NCBI GenBank assembly: GCA_964484655.1
Contig: CAZAFA010000002.1
Span: forward strand, 24,130-88,129
DNA: 64,000 nucleotides
Origin: an uncultured Candidatus Saccharibacteria bacterium
GTDB taxonomy: Bacteria; Patescibacteriota; Minisyncoccia; UBA6257; 2-01-FULL-56-20
Reading direction: 5' to 3'
In this document: one piece after another, positions 1 through 9,575 of the stretch
How positions within the stretch are numbered: position 1 is the stretch's first letter
How the letters are laid out: each line of letters opens with the position of its first letter
Program-made: the position numbers and the translations under genes
The notes under the pieces: model-generated
The model's database searches: none
Seen by the model: the letters and a program-made list of their open reading frames with translations, nothing else
Told to the model about the DNA's origin: nothing

Positions 1-643
1 GCCCCGCCGCGTAGGCATGCTCGACGCCGTCGAGGGAGAACGAGATGCGGAACGCGTGGAGCATCAGGCGGGTGACCGCGGGTTCCGTACGCTTGGGCGC
101 GTAGAGCGCGTCGCCGACCACGGGATGCCCGACCGAGGCAAGGTGAACGCGAATCTGATGCGTGCGCCCGGTCTCCGGGAAGACGGCGACGTGCGCGATG
201 CGCGCGAGCTGCTCGACGGTCTCGTACCGGGTCGCGGCAGGCTTGCGCATCTGCTGCGAGAAGACGCTGCGCTTGGTACTCCGCGGCAGGATGCCGATCG
301 GACGGTCGATGCGGCCCGTCGCGGGATGCATCGCTCCGTGCACGATTGCGCGATACTCCTTCCCGACCTGACGCTCCTGGAACAGGAGCTTGAGGCGCTC
401 GTACGCGTCCTGCGTCCGCGCGGCGATCATCACGCCGCTGGTCGCGCGGTCCAGGCGGTGCACGATGCCCGGGCGCACGTCCGGCGCGTCCCCCACCGCC
501 ATCGTCTCCGGATAGCGTGCGCGCAGCCAGTCCGCCAGCGTGGGATCGCTCGTCGGATGCGGGCCTGGATGCACGAGGAGCCCGGCCGGCTTCTCGAGAG
601 CGACCAGGTCGGGCGTTTCGGCGATGAGGACCGGCTTGTCCAT
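1..643 (-). CDS. RluA-family pseudouridine synthase (3' end beyond window)
   Basis: Own translation of the minus strand from ATG 643: MDKPVLIAETPDLVALEKPAGLLVHP...GIVHRLDRATSGVM...GRTHQIRVHLASVGHPVVGDALY; contains the HRLD and GRTHQIR motifs. Confidence 0.92.
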   Translation of the reverse strand, partial: MDKPVLIAETPDLVALEKPAGLLVHPGPHPTSDPTLADWLRARYPETMAVGDAPDVRPGIVHRLDRATSGVMIAARTQDAYERLKLLFQERQVGKEYRAIVHGAMHPATGRIDRPIGILPRSTKRSVFSQQMRKPAATRYETVEQLARIAHVAVFPETGRTHQIRVHLASVGHPVVGDALYAPKRTEPAVTRLMLHAFRISFSLDGVEHAYAAG

Positions 644-683
644 GCTCCTTATATAAGGAGCATGGCGGGGCCTGTCTATGCGG

Positions 684-755
684 TGGGTGCGGAAGGAATC
701 GGACCTTCGACCTCTGTCTTATCAGGACAGCGTTCTACCACTGAACTACGCACCC
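684..755 (-). tRNA. tRNA-Ile(GAT)
   Basis: Cloverleaf GGGTGCG...CGCACCC-A; anticodon arm CTGTC-CTGATAA-GACAG; T-loop reads TCCGATT. Confidence 0.9.
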
Positions 756-851
756 GGTAGCCGGGCCATTCTATACGCGCCTTTTGGGAGGCGCAACGCG
801 CGTAGACTGGCAAAAAGGGCCATGCTAGGATGCCCGCGCACAACGGAATAC

Positions 852-925
852 GCGCGATTAGCTCAGTTGGTTAGAGCGTCACATTGACATTGTGAAGGCC
901 AGAGGTTCGAATCCTCTATCGCGCA
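852..925 (+). tRNA. tRNA-Val(GAC)
   Basis: GCGCGAT...ATCGCGC-A; anticodon arm TCACA-TTGACAT-TGTGA; GGTTCGAATCC. Confidence 0.95.
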
Positions 926-975
926 CACAACCATCGGGCACGTTCAACGGCGTACGGCTTTGCTACACTGAACGC

Positions 976-1518
976 GTGCTCCAGACCAATCTCAAAGGTC
1001 CGCTGACGCTCGCCGGCATCGTGATCGGCCTGAGCCTCGTTCTCGGCGTCGGCGGCGCCTTCCTCCTGGACCGCTGGCTCACCGCCGAGGCGCAGGCGGT
1101 CGCGTCAGCGCGGATAGCCTCCTCGCGCGCCGCGACGCTCGGTCCGCGTATCGCGTCGCTGAAGGACCAGGAGCAGGCCGCCGCATCCTACGGACGGGTC
1201 CTCTCGCTGCTACTGCCCACGCAGGAACAGCTTCTCGAGGTGCCGCGCTCCGTCGAGCAGCTCGGCGTCGGCCACAACGTCCAGTCGCGCTTCCAGTTCC
1301 AGGGAAGCCCGCCGCCCGGCGCCGTCGAGCCCGGCGCTTCGCTCCCCTTCACGCTTGCCGCGACCGGCGCGCCGGGCGATCTCGCCGCGTTCCTCGCGGA
1401 CTTCGAACACAAGAATCCGCGCTACACGATCTCGATCGCTTCTGCGGAGATCAACATCAACCCGCTCGAGCAGGGCGGCGGCCAGCTGGCGGTCACCGGC
1501 AGCTTCTACTACCAATGA
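976..1518 (+). CDS. PilO-like type IV pilus assembly protein
   Basis: N-terminal TM helix, coiled segment, LLP motif, C-terminal ferredoxin-like pattern; GTG start 6 nt after TACACT. Confidence 0.55.
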   Translation: MLQTNLKGPLTLAGIVIGLSLVLGVGGAFLLDRWLTAEAQAVASARIASSRAATLGPRIASLKDQEQAAASYGRVLSLLLPTQEQLLEVPRSVEQLGVGHNVQSRFQFQGSPPPGAVEPGASLPFTLAATGAPGDLAAFLADFEHKNPRYTISIASAEININPLEQGGGQLAVTGSFYYQ

Positions 1519-1733
1519 ACGACCTCTTCGGACGCCGTGGCGACACGCTTGCACTCGCGGCCGGCACGCTACTCGGGCTTATCATCATCGCCTCGTACGC
1601 GCTCGGGATCGGCAGCATCGCGCAGAATCTCGAGCTCGCGCTCAATCCCGACCGCAGCGCGACGCCGCCTCCGGTCTATAACATCGACGCCGCCAGCAAG
1701 CTCGATCTGAAGGGCCTGACGCCGGCCCGCTAG
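1515..1733 (+). CDS. small membrane hypothetical protein
   Basis: ATGA overlap with the upstream gene; single TM helix. Confidence 0.65.
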   Translation: MNDLFGRRGDTLALAAGTLLGLIIIASYALGIGSIAQNLELALNPDRSATPPPVYNIDAASKLDLKGLTPAR

Positions 1734-1806
1734 TTGACAACGTCCGGCGCCGCGCCAAGACTTCGTACCCATGAGCGCCGCGCAGGCGCTTTAGGCTAGG
1801 AATACC

Positions 1807-4065
1807 GTGGCTCAGAAGAAGACTCTCGTCATCGTCGAGTCGCCTACCAAGGCGAATCTCATCGGCAAGTTCCTCGGCCGCGACTTCGACGTCGCGGCCT
1901 CCTTGGGACACGTCCGCGACCTCCCGAAGAGTAAGCTCGGCGTCGACGTCGAGAACGGCTTCGAGCCGACGTACGCGGTCTCGCTCCGCGCGAAGCCCGT
2001 CATCGCGGAGCTGAAGAAGCTCGCCAAGCAGGCGGACCGGGTGATCCTGGCGCCGGATCCGGACCGCGAGGGCGAGGCTATCGCCTGGCACCTCGCCGAG
2101 GTGCTGGGACTCGGCAAGAAGGACGCGCCGAAGCCGGAGCGCATGGTCTTCCACGAGATCACCGAGAGCGCGGTGAAGGAGGCGCTCGCGCATCCCCGCG
2201 AGATCGACCCGCACCTAGTCGACGCGCAGCAGGCGCGCCGGGTCCTGGACCGGCTCGTCGGGTACGGCCTCTCCCCCTTCCTGTGGAGGAAGATCCGCTA
2301 CGGCCTCTCCGCCGGCCGCGTGCAGTCCGTCGCGGTGCGGCTCGTCGTCGAGCGCGAGCGCGAGATCAGGGCGTTCGTGCCGCGCGAGTACTGGTCCGTC
2401 GAGGGCGTCTTCGACGGCGCCTCCGCGCCGGTACCCGCGCGGCTGGTCCGCTCCGCGGGAAAGGACGTGGGAAAGTTCACCCTCGAGGACGAGTCCATGG
2501 CGAAGGCCGCCGTGCAGGCGGCGCAGGCGGCGGCCCCGTACCGGGTCGCGTCCGTCACGACCAAGCGCGTCAACCGCAACCCCGCTCCCCCGTTCACGAC
2601 CTCCACGCTCCAGCAGGAGGCGAGCCGCAAGCTCGGGTGGTCCGCGAAGCAGACCATGGCCGTCGCGCAGAAGCTCTATGAGCAGGGCCTGATCACCTAC
2701 ATGCGCACGGACTCCGTGCACCTGGCCATGTCCGCCGTCCTGCAGGCGCGCGACGTCCTCACGGACCTGTACGGCGACGCGTACGCGCTCGAGAAGCCGC
2801 GCTTCTTCGCGACCAAGTCCAAGAACGCGCAGGAGGCGCACGAGGCGATCCGCCCGACCAGCTTCGCGCGCATGCCGGACCACTTCGGCACCTCCGCCGA
2901 CCGCAGCGAGAAGCGCCTGTACGAGCTGATCTGGAAGCGCGGCATCGCCAGCCAGGCATCGGCTGCGGAGATCGACCAGACCGCCGCGGAGATCGAGGGG
3001 AGCGGCGGCAACGCGTTCCGCGCGAACGGCAACGTCGTCGTCTTCCCCGGCTTCATCAGGGTGTACACCGAGGGCAGCGACGAGGCCGAGGAAGACGCGG
3101 GCGCGCTGCCCGCGCTGACCGAGGGCCAGCGGCTGACGCTCGCCTCCGTGACGCCGACGCGCCACGAGACGGAGCCGCCGGCCCGCTACACCGACGCGAC
3201 GCTCATCAAGGCGCTCGAGAGCCACGGGATTGGCCGGCCGTCCACGTACGCGCCGACTCTCACCACGATCCAGGACCGCGGCTACGTCGAGAAGGTGGAG
3301 AAGAAGTACCGCCCGACCGAGGTCGGCGAGCTCACTACCGACCTCCTCGTGGAGCACTTCCCCGAGATCGCTGACGTCGCCTTCACCGCGGGCATCGAGG
3401 AGCAGCTCGACGAGATCGCGGAAGGCGCGCAGGACTGGCGCGCGGTGCTCGGCGAGTTCTACGCGCCGTTCAAGCAGCACCTCGACGCCAAGGAGGAGGA
3501 GGTCGAGAAGGTCGTCATCGTCACGGACACGCCCTGCCCGCACTGCGGCAAGCCGATGATCATGAAGTTCGGCCGCACCGGGAAGTTCCTCGCCTGCCCC
3601 GAGCCGGGCAGCAAGGTCACGCTGCCCACTCCCGAGGAAGCCGCGGAGATCGCCGCGCTCGAGGCGAAGACGCAGGGCGAGCTCTGCCCGCTCTGCGGCA
3701 AGCCGATGAAGATCCGCAAGGGACGCTTCGGGTACTTCCTCGGCTGCGTGGATTACCCGGCCTGCAAGGGCGTCTCCAAGATCTGGAACCGGACCGGCTT
3801 CAAGTGCCCGCACTGCCGCAACGAGAGCCGCGAGCCGCAGGGCGACATCGTGGAGCGCAAGGGACGCGGCCGGGCGAAGCCGTTCTACGGCTGCAACCGC
3901 TTCCCGGACTGCACCTTCCTGATGCCGAACAAGCCCGAATCCGAGCGGGACGTTATGGACGCGTACGGCGCCTGGCTCGAGAAGCCGAAGGACGGCGCCA
4001 AGAAGAAGCCGGCGCGGAAGAAGACGGCGAAGAAAACCGCGAGGAAGAAGGTAGCGAAGGAATAG
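1807..4065 (+). CDS. topA: DNA topoisomerase I
   Basis: IVESPTK, DPDREGE, SAGRVQS, ITYMRTD motifs; C-terminal CxxC zinc ribbons; Lys-rich tail. Confidence 0.97.
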   Translation: MAQKKTLVIVESPTKANLIGKFLGRDFDVAASLGHVRDLPKSKLGVDVENGFEPTYAVSLRAKPVIAELKKLAKQADRVILAPDPDREGEAIAWHLAEVLGLGKKDAPKPERMVFHEITESAVKEALAHPREIDPHLVDAQQARRVLDRLVGYGLSPFLWRKIRYGLSAGRVQSVAVRLVVEREREIRAFVPREYWSVEGVFDGASAPVPARLVRSAGKDVGKFTLEDESMAKAAVQAAQAAAPYRVASVTTKRVNRNPAPPFTTSTLQQEASRKLGWSAKQTMAVAQKLYEQGLITYMRTDSVHLAMSAVLQARDVLTDLYGDAYALEKPRFFATKSKNAQEAHEAIRPTSFARMPDHFGTSADRSEKRLYELIWKRGIASQASAAEIDQTAAEIEGSGGNAFRANGNVVVFPGFIRVYTEGSDEAEEDAGALPALTEGQRLTLASVTPTRHETEPPARYTDATLIKALESHGIGRPSTYAPTLTTIQDRGYVEKVEKKYRPTEVGELTTDLLVEHFPEIADVAFTAGIEEQLDEIAEGAQDWRAVLGEFYAPFKQHLDAKEEEVEKVVIVTDTPCPHCGKPMIMKFGRTGKFLACPEPGSKVTLPTPEEAAEIAALEAKTQGELCPLCGKPMKIRKGRFGYFLGCVDYPACKGVSKIWNRTGFKCPHCRNESREPQGDIVERKGRGRAKPFYGCNRFPDCTFLMPNKPESERDVMDAYGAWLEKPKDGAKKKPARKKTAKKTARKKVAKE

Positions 4066-4066
4066 G

Positions 4067-4092
4067 AAACGGCCCGCGGAAGCGGGCCGTTC
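4067..4092. terminator. hairpin between convergent genes
   Basis: AACGGCCCGC-GGAA-GCGGGCCGTT. Confidence 0.6.
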
Positions 4093-5295
4093 TCATCGCA
4101 GGAATTCCTGCAGCGCCGGATACCACGTCTCCGTGGCGCAGGCGAGGAGCGTCTCCTCGAACGCGGCGTCCGTGAGCACTGCCACGAGCGCCTCCGTCCG
4201 CTCCGTCGGGTCCTTCGTCCCCTGCAGCTCCTCGAGGAAGTTCTCGAAGCTGAAGCAGGCGAAGATGCGATCCCGCTCGCGCCGGACCATGCCGGTGATG
4301 AAGCGGAGCACGGCATCGTCCGTGCGCGCGTCATGCCGCTTCCCCGCGAGCGCCCAGCGGTTGCAGTACAGGTACTGCGTGCGTCCGGCCGCGGAGAGCA
4401 GGCCATCCAGCGTGGTGCCGAGCCTCTGCGCGAGCTTCTCGAGCTCGGCGACGCTCTCGGGCGACATCTTCCAGCGGTACAGCTGGAAGATCGTCGGCGA
4501 GAGGACGCCCATTCCGAGGAGCACGTACTCCCCGATCGTGTTCAGGAACGACGTCTTGAGCAGCTCCGTCCTCCCGCCGCAGTGCCGGAAGCGCTCGACG
4601 AAGCGCGCGAGAAACCGCGAGCTGAACGTCGGCGCGAACGCGCGGACCGCCTCGATGCGGCGGCAGGCGAGCACCAGGACCGGGACGGCGGCGTCAGGCC
4701 TCCGCGCGGCGAACAGGATGCGGAGCATCTGCGCCAGCGCGGCGACCGGCTCCCGCAGCTGGTCAGCCGCGGTCACCGCGCCTTCGATCCAGCGGCGGTC
4801 CTCGAGGAGCCCGCCGTAGTCCTTCTGCTGGAGCTCGAGGAGCCCCGTGAGGCGGTCGAGCTCGGCGCGCTGCGCATCCGGCTCGGCGAGCGCCTTCAGG
4901 AAATCCTGGAAGCGCACCTCGTCGGAGCGGTGCCCGCCCTCCTCGGCGTCGTACGAGAACGTGCCGCGCACGCTCTCCCCTGTCTGCAGGCGGAAGGCGT
5001 ACGAGGCGGCGAGCTGGTAGAGCGCCGCGTCGTCGGGCATGCAGAGCTTCCGGCTCTCGTCGGCGATGGCGGCATGAAGCGCGGCATCGTCGGCGAGCCC
5101 GGAAAGCTGCGCGGGATTGCCGAGGCACGCGAGCGCCTCCGCCACCGCTTCCGCGATGAATGTCTCCGGCGGATCCACTTCCTTGAAGAAGGCGGAGAGC
5201 CGGAGAGCGACGGTCTGGACCTGTTCCAGACGCAGTTCCAATCGTTGCTGTTTCGTCAGCGTCTGCTCGACGCTGCATCTGAGTGACAAGCTCAT
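4093..5295 (-). CDS. hypothetical protein (Gln/Leu-rich N-terminus)
   Basis: 400-aa ORF preceded by AGGTAATAAGGAG. Confidence 0.75.
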   Translation of the reverse strand: MSLSLRCSVEQTLTKQQRLELRLEQVQTVALRLSAFFKEVDPPETFIAEAVAEALACLGNPAQLSGLADDAALHAAIADESRKLCMPDDAALYQLAASYAFRLQTGESVRGTFSYDAEEGGHRSDEVRFQDFLKALAEPDAQRAELDRLTGLLELQQKDYGGLLEDRRWIEGAVTAADQLREPVAALAQMLRILFAARRPDAAVPVLVLACRRIEAVRAFAPTFSSRFLARFVERFRHCGGRTELLKTSFLNTIGEYVLLGMGVLSPTIFQLYRWKMSPESVAELEKLAQRLGTTLDGLLSAAGRTQYLYCNRWALAGKRHDARTDDAVLRFITGMVRRERDRIFACFSFENFLEELQGTKDPTERTEALVAVLTDAAFEETLLACATETWYPALQEFLR

Positions 5296-5426
5296 AAGCG
5301 AAATCTCCTTATTACCTAGGTTTCAAATTACCTGGTCTCGATACCACGGATATTGCCAAATAGCAAGATAAATGCTATTATATTCGCAGCAATACCAATA
5401 TCTAAAGGAAAAGGAGAAAGAAATCA

Positions 5427-6293
5427 GTGGTAAAAAATCAATACAGGGAGGCTGCCACCTGGCAGCAGTTCAATCGCGTTCATGAGCTCAAGCTCAAGGC
5501 GTTCATGGTCCTCTTCGGCGCGTACATCGCCGTCATGACCGGGATGCTGGTCGCGCAGCACTACGGGTTCGTCCTGTGGGGCGGAAGGCTCGGCGCGCTG
5601 CTCAACCTGATCTTCGGGCTCGGCGGGCAGCTCGTCATGCTGTTCATCGCCATCGTCGCGTTCGACGCGCCGTACCGGCGCTGGCACGGGGAGCTCGCGA
5701 AGATCTTCGGATCGGTCGGGCGGCAGACGCGGCTGGGAGCCTTCGGCTTCTACCGCTTCATGTTCAACCCGCGTCCGGCGGACACGCTGGCGGCGATCCT
5801 CGACCAGAAGCTGGAGATTCAGGAGCTGGGCGAGGAACATGCGCGACTCGAACGCGAACGCGACGGCTGGAACCGCAAGCTCGAGATCGAGACGCTCAAG
5901 CTCCAGCTCGCCGGGCTGGACGGCAAGTTCCGTGAAGGATCATCCGAACAGCGGCGGCTCGAGCGCGCTCTCCGCAAGTGCGCCGACCCGGTAGCGCTCA
6001 GGCGGCTCCTCGAGGAGCTGACGAAGCTGGAACCGCATCGCGAGCTTCCCTCCGAAGCCCCGAACGGTCCCGACCGCATCGAGGAGCTCATCGCCACCTT
6101 CCGCGAGGAAGAGCGCGATGGCACCGACGAGGAAGCGACCCGGCTCTTCCATGCCGCGCTGCAGGAAGAGAGCCGCAAGGGCAAGCGGATGAAGCTCGTC
6201 GCGGCGATCGGCAAGCTGCGCGCTGCTAACCGGCGACGGAAGGAGCAGGAGGAGAAGGCCGCCTCGCGGCGGCACCGCAGAGCTGCGGAATAG
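5427..6293 (+). CDS. hypothetical protein, 2 TM helices plus coiled coil
   Basis: AAGGAG upstream; terminator AGGGCACCCTCGGGTGCCCTTTT downstream. Confidence 0.75.
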   Translation: MVKNQYREAATWQQFNRVHELKLKAFMVLFGAYIAVMTGMLVAQHYGFVLWGGRLGALLNLIFGLGGQLVMLFIAIVAFDAPYRRWHGELAKIFGSVGRQTRLGAFGFYRFMFNPRPADTLAAILDQKLEIQELGEEHARLERERDGWNRKLEIETLKLQLAGLDGKFREGSSEQRRLERALRKCADPVALRRLLEELTKLEPHRELPSEAPNGPDRIEELIATFREEERDGTDEEATRLFHAALQEESRKGKRMKLVAAIGKLRAANRRRKEQEEKAASRRHRRAAE

Positions 6294-6322
6294 GATCAGG
6301 GCACCCTCGGGTGCCCTTTTCG

Positions 6323-6820
6323 CTACCAGCTCTCGGGATGCGAGACCGTCGCGCCGTCGACGGCCGCGAGGTCGGCCAGCGGTATCGCGACGCGCTCGGA
6401 GAGGCGCGCTCCCCGCGCGTCGCGACCGGCTACCTGCGTCACGCTCCGGGGATAGTCCTTCCGGGCGAGCAGCGCGCGCAGCTCGTGGGCGGGCACCGTG
6501 AGCATGCTCTGGCTCTCAGGAGAACAGACGAACACGAGCTGCACGGACGCGGAGAGGCCGGCGCCCGGCATCCGTTCCGCGCCGTAGAGCTCGGCGACCT
6601 CGAAGCGCGCCTCGCGCGCGCCCGGCGAGACGACCGCGATCATGAACGGGATCTCCAGGAGGCGCCCCTCCTGCCGCACCGTCCAGAGGCCGTCCGCGCC
6701 TCCGCGGCGCTCCAGCGCGACCTTGCGGGCATCCGTCACGGAAACCGTATCCGGATGCTGCGCCAGGAGCGCGAGGACGCGATCCTCCCATGCCGTCGAC
6801 GAGAAGTCGGCCCGCTTCAC
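6323..6820 (-). CDS. hypothetical protein
   Basis: GTG start overlaps the DUF167 stop (GTGA); globular-looking sequence WEDRVLALL...LLEIPFMIAVV. Confidence 0.55.
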   Translation of the reverse strand: MKRADFSSTAWEDRVLALLAQHPDTVSVTDARKVALERRGGADGLWTVRQEGRLLEIPFMIAVVSPGAREARFEVAELYGAERMPGAGLSASVQLVFVCSPESQSMLTVPAHELRALLARKDYPRSVTQVAGRDARGARLSERVAIPLADLAAVDGATVSHPESW

Positions 6821-7035
6821 GGGCAGCGGAAGACCTTCATCCTGCTCGTCGACCCGCGCAGGAGGACGACCTCGCTCGGCGCGACGCCCAGGTGCGCGGC
6901 GAGCATCTTGCGCGCGGCCTCGTTCGCCTTCCCCTTCTCCGGGCGTGCCGGCGTGGCGATCAGCACGATGCCGTTCTCCTCGCGGAGCGAGGCGGCCCGC
7001 GCGCCCGGCTTCACGCGCGCCTCGACGATCCTCAC
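6817..7035 (-). CDS. DUF167 (YggU-like) protein
   Basis: VKPGA...PEKGKANEA...LGV...GSTSRMK pattern. Confidence 0.88.
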   Translation of the reverse strand: MRIVEARVKPGARAASLREENGIVLIATPARPEKGKANEAARKMLAAHLGVAPSEVVLLRGSTSRMKVFRCP

Positions 7036-8219
7036 AGCAGTATGTCGGCCTCGCGCGCGAGGCGCTCGAGGATCGCCGAGAGCTCCTCGCGCGAGTAGAA
7101 CGAGATCGTGATCTTGCCGGCGTCACCGTGCGCCTGGATGCGCACCGGCGCTCCGAGGTCCGAGGCGAGACGGTCCTGGAGCATCTGCAGCTCCGGGCTC
7201 AGCGGCTCGGCCTCGCGCGGGACGCGCGGAGCGATCCGCCGTCCCTTGCCCGCGGCGACGCGCTCCCGCAGCTCCCGGGTGGTCAGCTGGCGCTGCAGGA
7301 GGTCGCGGAAGAGGGACTGCTGCAGCGCCGGATCGGTGACGCCGAGGAGGAGGCGCCCGTGGCTCTCGCTGATGCGGCCGTCTTCGATCGCGGCCTGCAC
7401 GTCGCCCGGCAGGTCGAGGAGGCGCAACGTGTTCGCCACCACTTCCCTGCTCTTGCCGAGGCGCGTCGCCACCTCGCGCTGCGTCATGTTGAACTCGTCC
7501 TGGAGGCGGGCGTACGCGCGCGCCATCTCGATGGGATTGAGCTGCTCGCGCTGCAGGTTCTCGATGATCGCGAGCTCCAGGCTCTCGCGGTTCGCCGTGA
7601 CGGCGCGCACGATGGCCGGCACGCGCGGCAGGCCGACCAGCTTGCTCGCGCGCAGGCGCCGCTCGCCCGCGATGAGCTCGTAGTGGACCTGCGTGCCGGT
7701 CGGCGTCTCGGTCTCGATCTTCCGCACGACCAGCGGCTGGAGCACGCCGAACTCGCGGATGCTCGCGGCGAGGTCCGCGAGCGCGGCGTCGTCGAAGGTC
7801 TTGCGCGGCTGGTTGGGGTTCGGATGGATCCGCTCCACCTCGATCTGGAATACCGCCTCGTGCGGCAGGCGCGTGTCAGGCTCGCGGACGGGCGCCGGCG
7901 CCGGCTGTGGATACATCTGCTGGCGCGGCGGCTCCGGCTGCCGGACCGGTTCGGGCGCCGGCCGGTACGGCTGCGCCATGAAGGCGTCTCCCTGGCTCGG
8001 CGGCACGAGGGAGGCGTAGTCCGGAGCGGCAGGCTGCGCGGGAGCGTCGTCGTGGACGTGCAGCATGAGCGGCACGGGCGGGAGCGCTTCCTCGCGCGGC
8101 TGCGCCGGCAGCTCCGGATACGCGAAGCCGCCCGGTCCGTGAAGGCTGCGGTCGTCTCCCTGCGCCTGGGAGCCGTTCCCCTGCGGCGGAATGAGGGCCT
8201 CGAGGCCGCGTCCGAGCAT
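7032..8219 (-). CDS. parB: ParB/Spo0J partition protein with Pro-rich linker
   Basis: LGRGLEALI N-terminal peptide, NPNQPRKTF, IAGERRLRA, ENLQRE, HTH. Confidence 0.95.
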   Translation of the reverse strand: MLGRGLEALIPPQGNGSQAQGDDRSLHGPGGFAYPELPAQPREEALPPVPLMLHVHDDAPAQPAAPDYASLVPPSQGDAFMAQPYRPAPEPVRQPEPPRQQMYPQPAPAPVREPDTRLPHEAVFQIEVERIHPNPNQPRKTFDDAALADLAASIREFGVLQPLVVRKIETETPTGTQVHYELIAGERRLRASKLVGLPRVPAIVRAVTANRESLELAIIENLQREQLNPIEMARAYARLQDEFNMTQREVATRLGKSREVVANTLRLLDLPGDVQAAIEDGRISESHGRLLLGVTDPALQQSLFRDLLQRQLTTRELRERVAAGKGRRIAPRVPREAEPLSPELQMLQDRLASDLGAPVRIQAHGDAGKITISFYSREELSAILERLAREADILL

Positions 8220-8319
8220 GCTGCCAGTATAACGGCTCGCGCGGTTTGACGCTTCCGCCGCGGCTATGCTTCATTGCGTACGGAACGATTCCGAAACCCA
8301 TAGGGAGGAGGTGAAGCCC

Positions 8320-8640
8320 ATGTACTGGATAGCCCTGTATGTCTTTCTCGCCATCGCGTTCGCGGCGCTCAACGCCGTCGAGAGCAGGAAGGCGAGCTAC
8401 CGCTTCAGCACGCCGGACCGCCTCGAGCGGGCGCGCGGCGTCACGCAGGCGATGACGGTCTTCGCCGGCGTCGTGCTCGTCGCCGGATGGAACGTCTTCG
8501 ACATGCGCGTGCCGGGGATCCCCGGCTGGCTCGCTGCGCTCGCGCTCTGCGCCTACCTGTTCGTCGCGTACTGGATCGGCCGCTTCGGCGCCTGGTCCGG
8601 CATGGACCGGTACCGCGCGGAGCTGCGCGAGCGAGGATAG
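8320..8640 (+). CDS. hypothetical membrane protein (3 TM)
   Basis: GGAGGAGG SD, TTGACG promoter-like element, terminator CGAGGGGC-TGCG-GCCCCTCG-TTTTT. Confidence 0.7.
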   Translation: MYWIALYVFLAIAFAALNAVESRKASYRFSTPDRLERARGVTQAMTVFAGVVLVAGWNVFDMRVPGIPGWLAALALCAYLFVAYWIGRFGAWSGMDRYRAELRERG

Positions 8641-8668
8641 GTTTCGAGGGGCTGCGGCCCCTCGTTTT

Positions 8669-9439
8669 TCATATGCCGCGCTCCTCCCCGATGACCTCGC
8701 GCGCCAGGTCGCGGTACGCGCGCGCGCCGTCCGAATCCGGGCGATGCAGCAGCACGGGCTTGCCGAAGCTCGGCGCCTCCGCGAGCGCGACGCTCCGGGG
8801 GATCTCGGTGCGGAACACGCGGTGCGGGAAGTGCGCGCGCAGGTTCGCGGCGACCTCGCGCGAGAACCGCTCGCCGGCGTCGTGCATGGTCAGGAGCGCG
8901 CCGGCCACGGAAAGGTCGTGGCTGAGGTTCTTCCGGATCATGTCCACCGTCGCAAGCAGCTGCCCGAGCCCCTCGAGGCTGTAGTACTCGGCCTGCACGG
9001 GCACGATGATCTCGTCGGCGGCGACGAGCCCGTTGACGAACAGGAGATCCATCGAGGGCGGCAGGTCGATGACGATGTAGCTGTACTCGTGGCGGAGCGC
9101 GTTGAGCATCCGGCGCAGCGCGCGGTCGCGCTCGTGCATGCCGATGAGCTCGACGCGCAGGCCGGTCAGGTGCGGGGCGGCGGGGACGAAGTGCAGGTTC
9201 ATCAGCGCCGAAGGCCGCACGAGGCTCCGCGGATGCGCGAGGCCGAGCACGCCGTGGTACACGCTCTCCTGGAGAGAATGGGGCGTCGCGCCGAGCGCAG
9301 AGCTCGCGTTCCCCTGCGGATCGAAGTCGACAAGCAGCGTGCGTCGCCCGTGCGCGGCGAGGTACGCGGCGAGGTTCACCGCGGTCGTGGTCTTGCCGAC
9401 CCCGCCCTTCTGGTTGCATACCGCGATCACGCGCGCCAT
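8669..9439 (-). CDS. parA: ParA/Soj ATPase
   Basis: NQKGGVGKTTT deviant Walker A, DPQGNAS, LAEAPSFG. Confidence 0.95.
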   Translation of the reverse strand: MARVIAVCNQKGGVGKTTTAVNLAAYLAAHGRRTLLVDFDPQGNASSALGATPHSLQESVYHGVLGLAHPRSLVRPSALMNLHFVPAAPHLTGLRVELIGMHERDRALRRMLNALRHEYSYIVIDLPPSMDLLFVNGLVAADEIIVPVQAEYYSLEGLGQLLATVDMIRKNLSHDLSVAGALLTMHDAGERFSREVAANLRAHFPHRVFRTEIPRSVALAEAPSFGKPVLLHRPDSDGARAYRDLAREVIGEERGI

Positions 9440-9575
9440 ATGGGCGAGTATAGCAGGCGTATCGGGCAGAGAATCGTGGCCTGCCATGCAGATTTGACCT
9501 TCCTAGCCGCCTTCGCGTCTAATGGCAGCAGTCTTTTCAGAAGGCGAGAAATACTTGATCAAGGAGGTTTGCAAG

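Noticed and set aside
17-760. 247-aa plus-strand ORF
   Set aside because: Antisense to the RluA-family gene and runs through tRNA-Ile.
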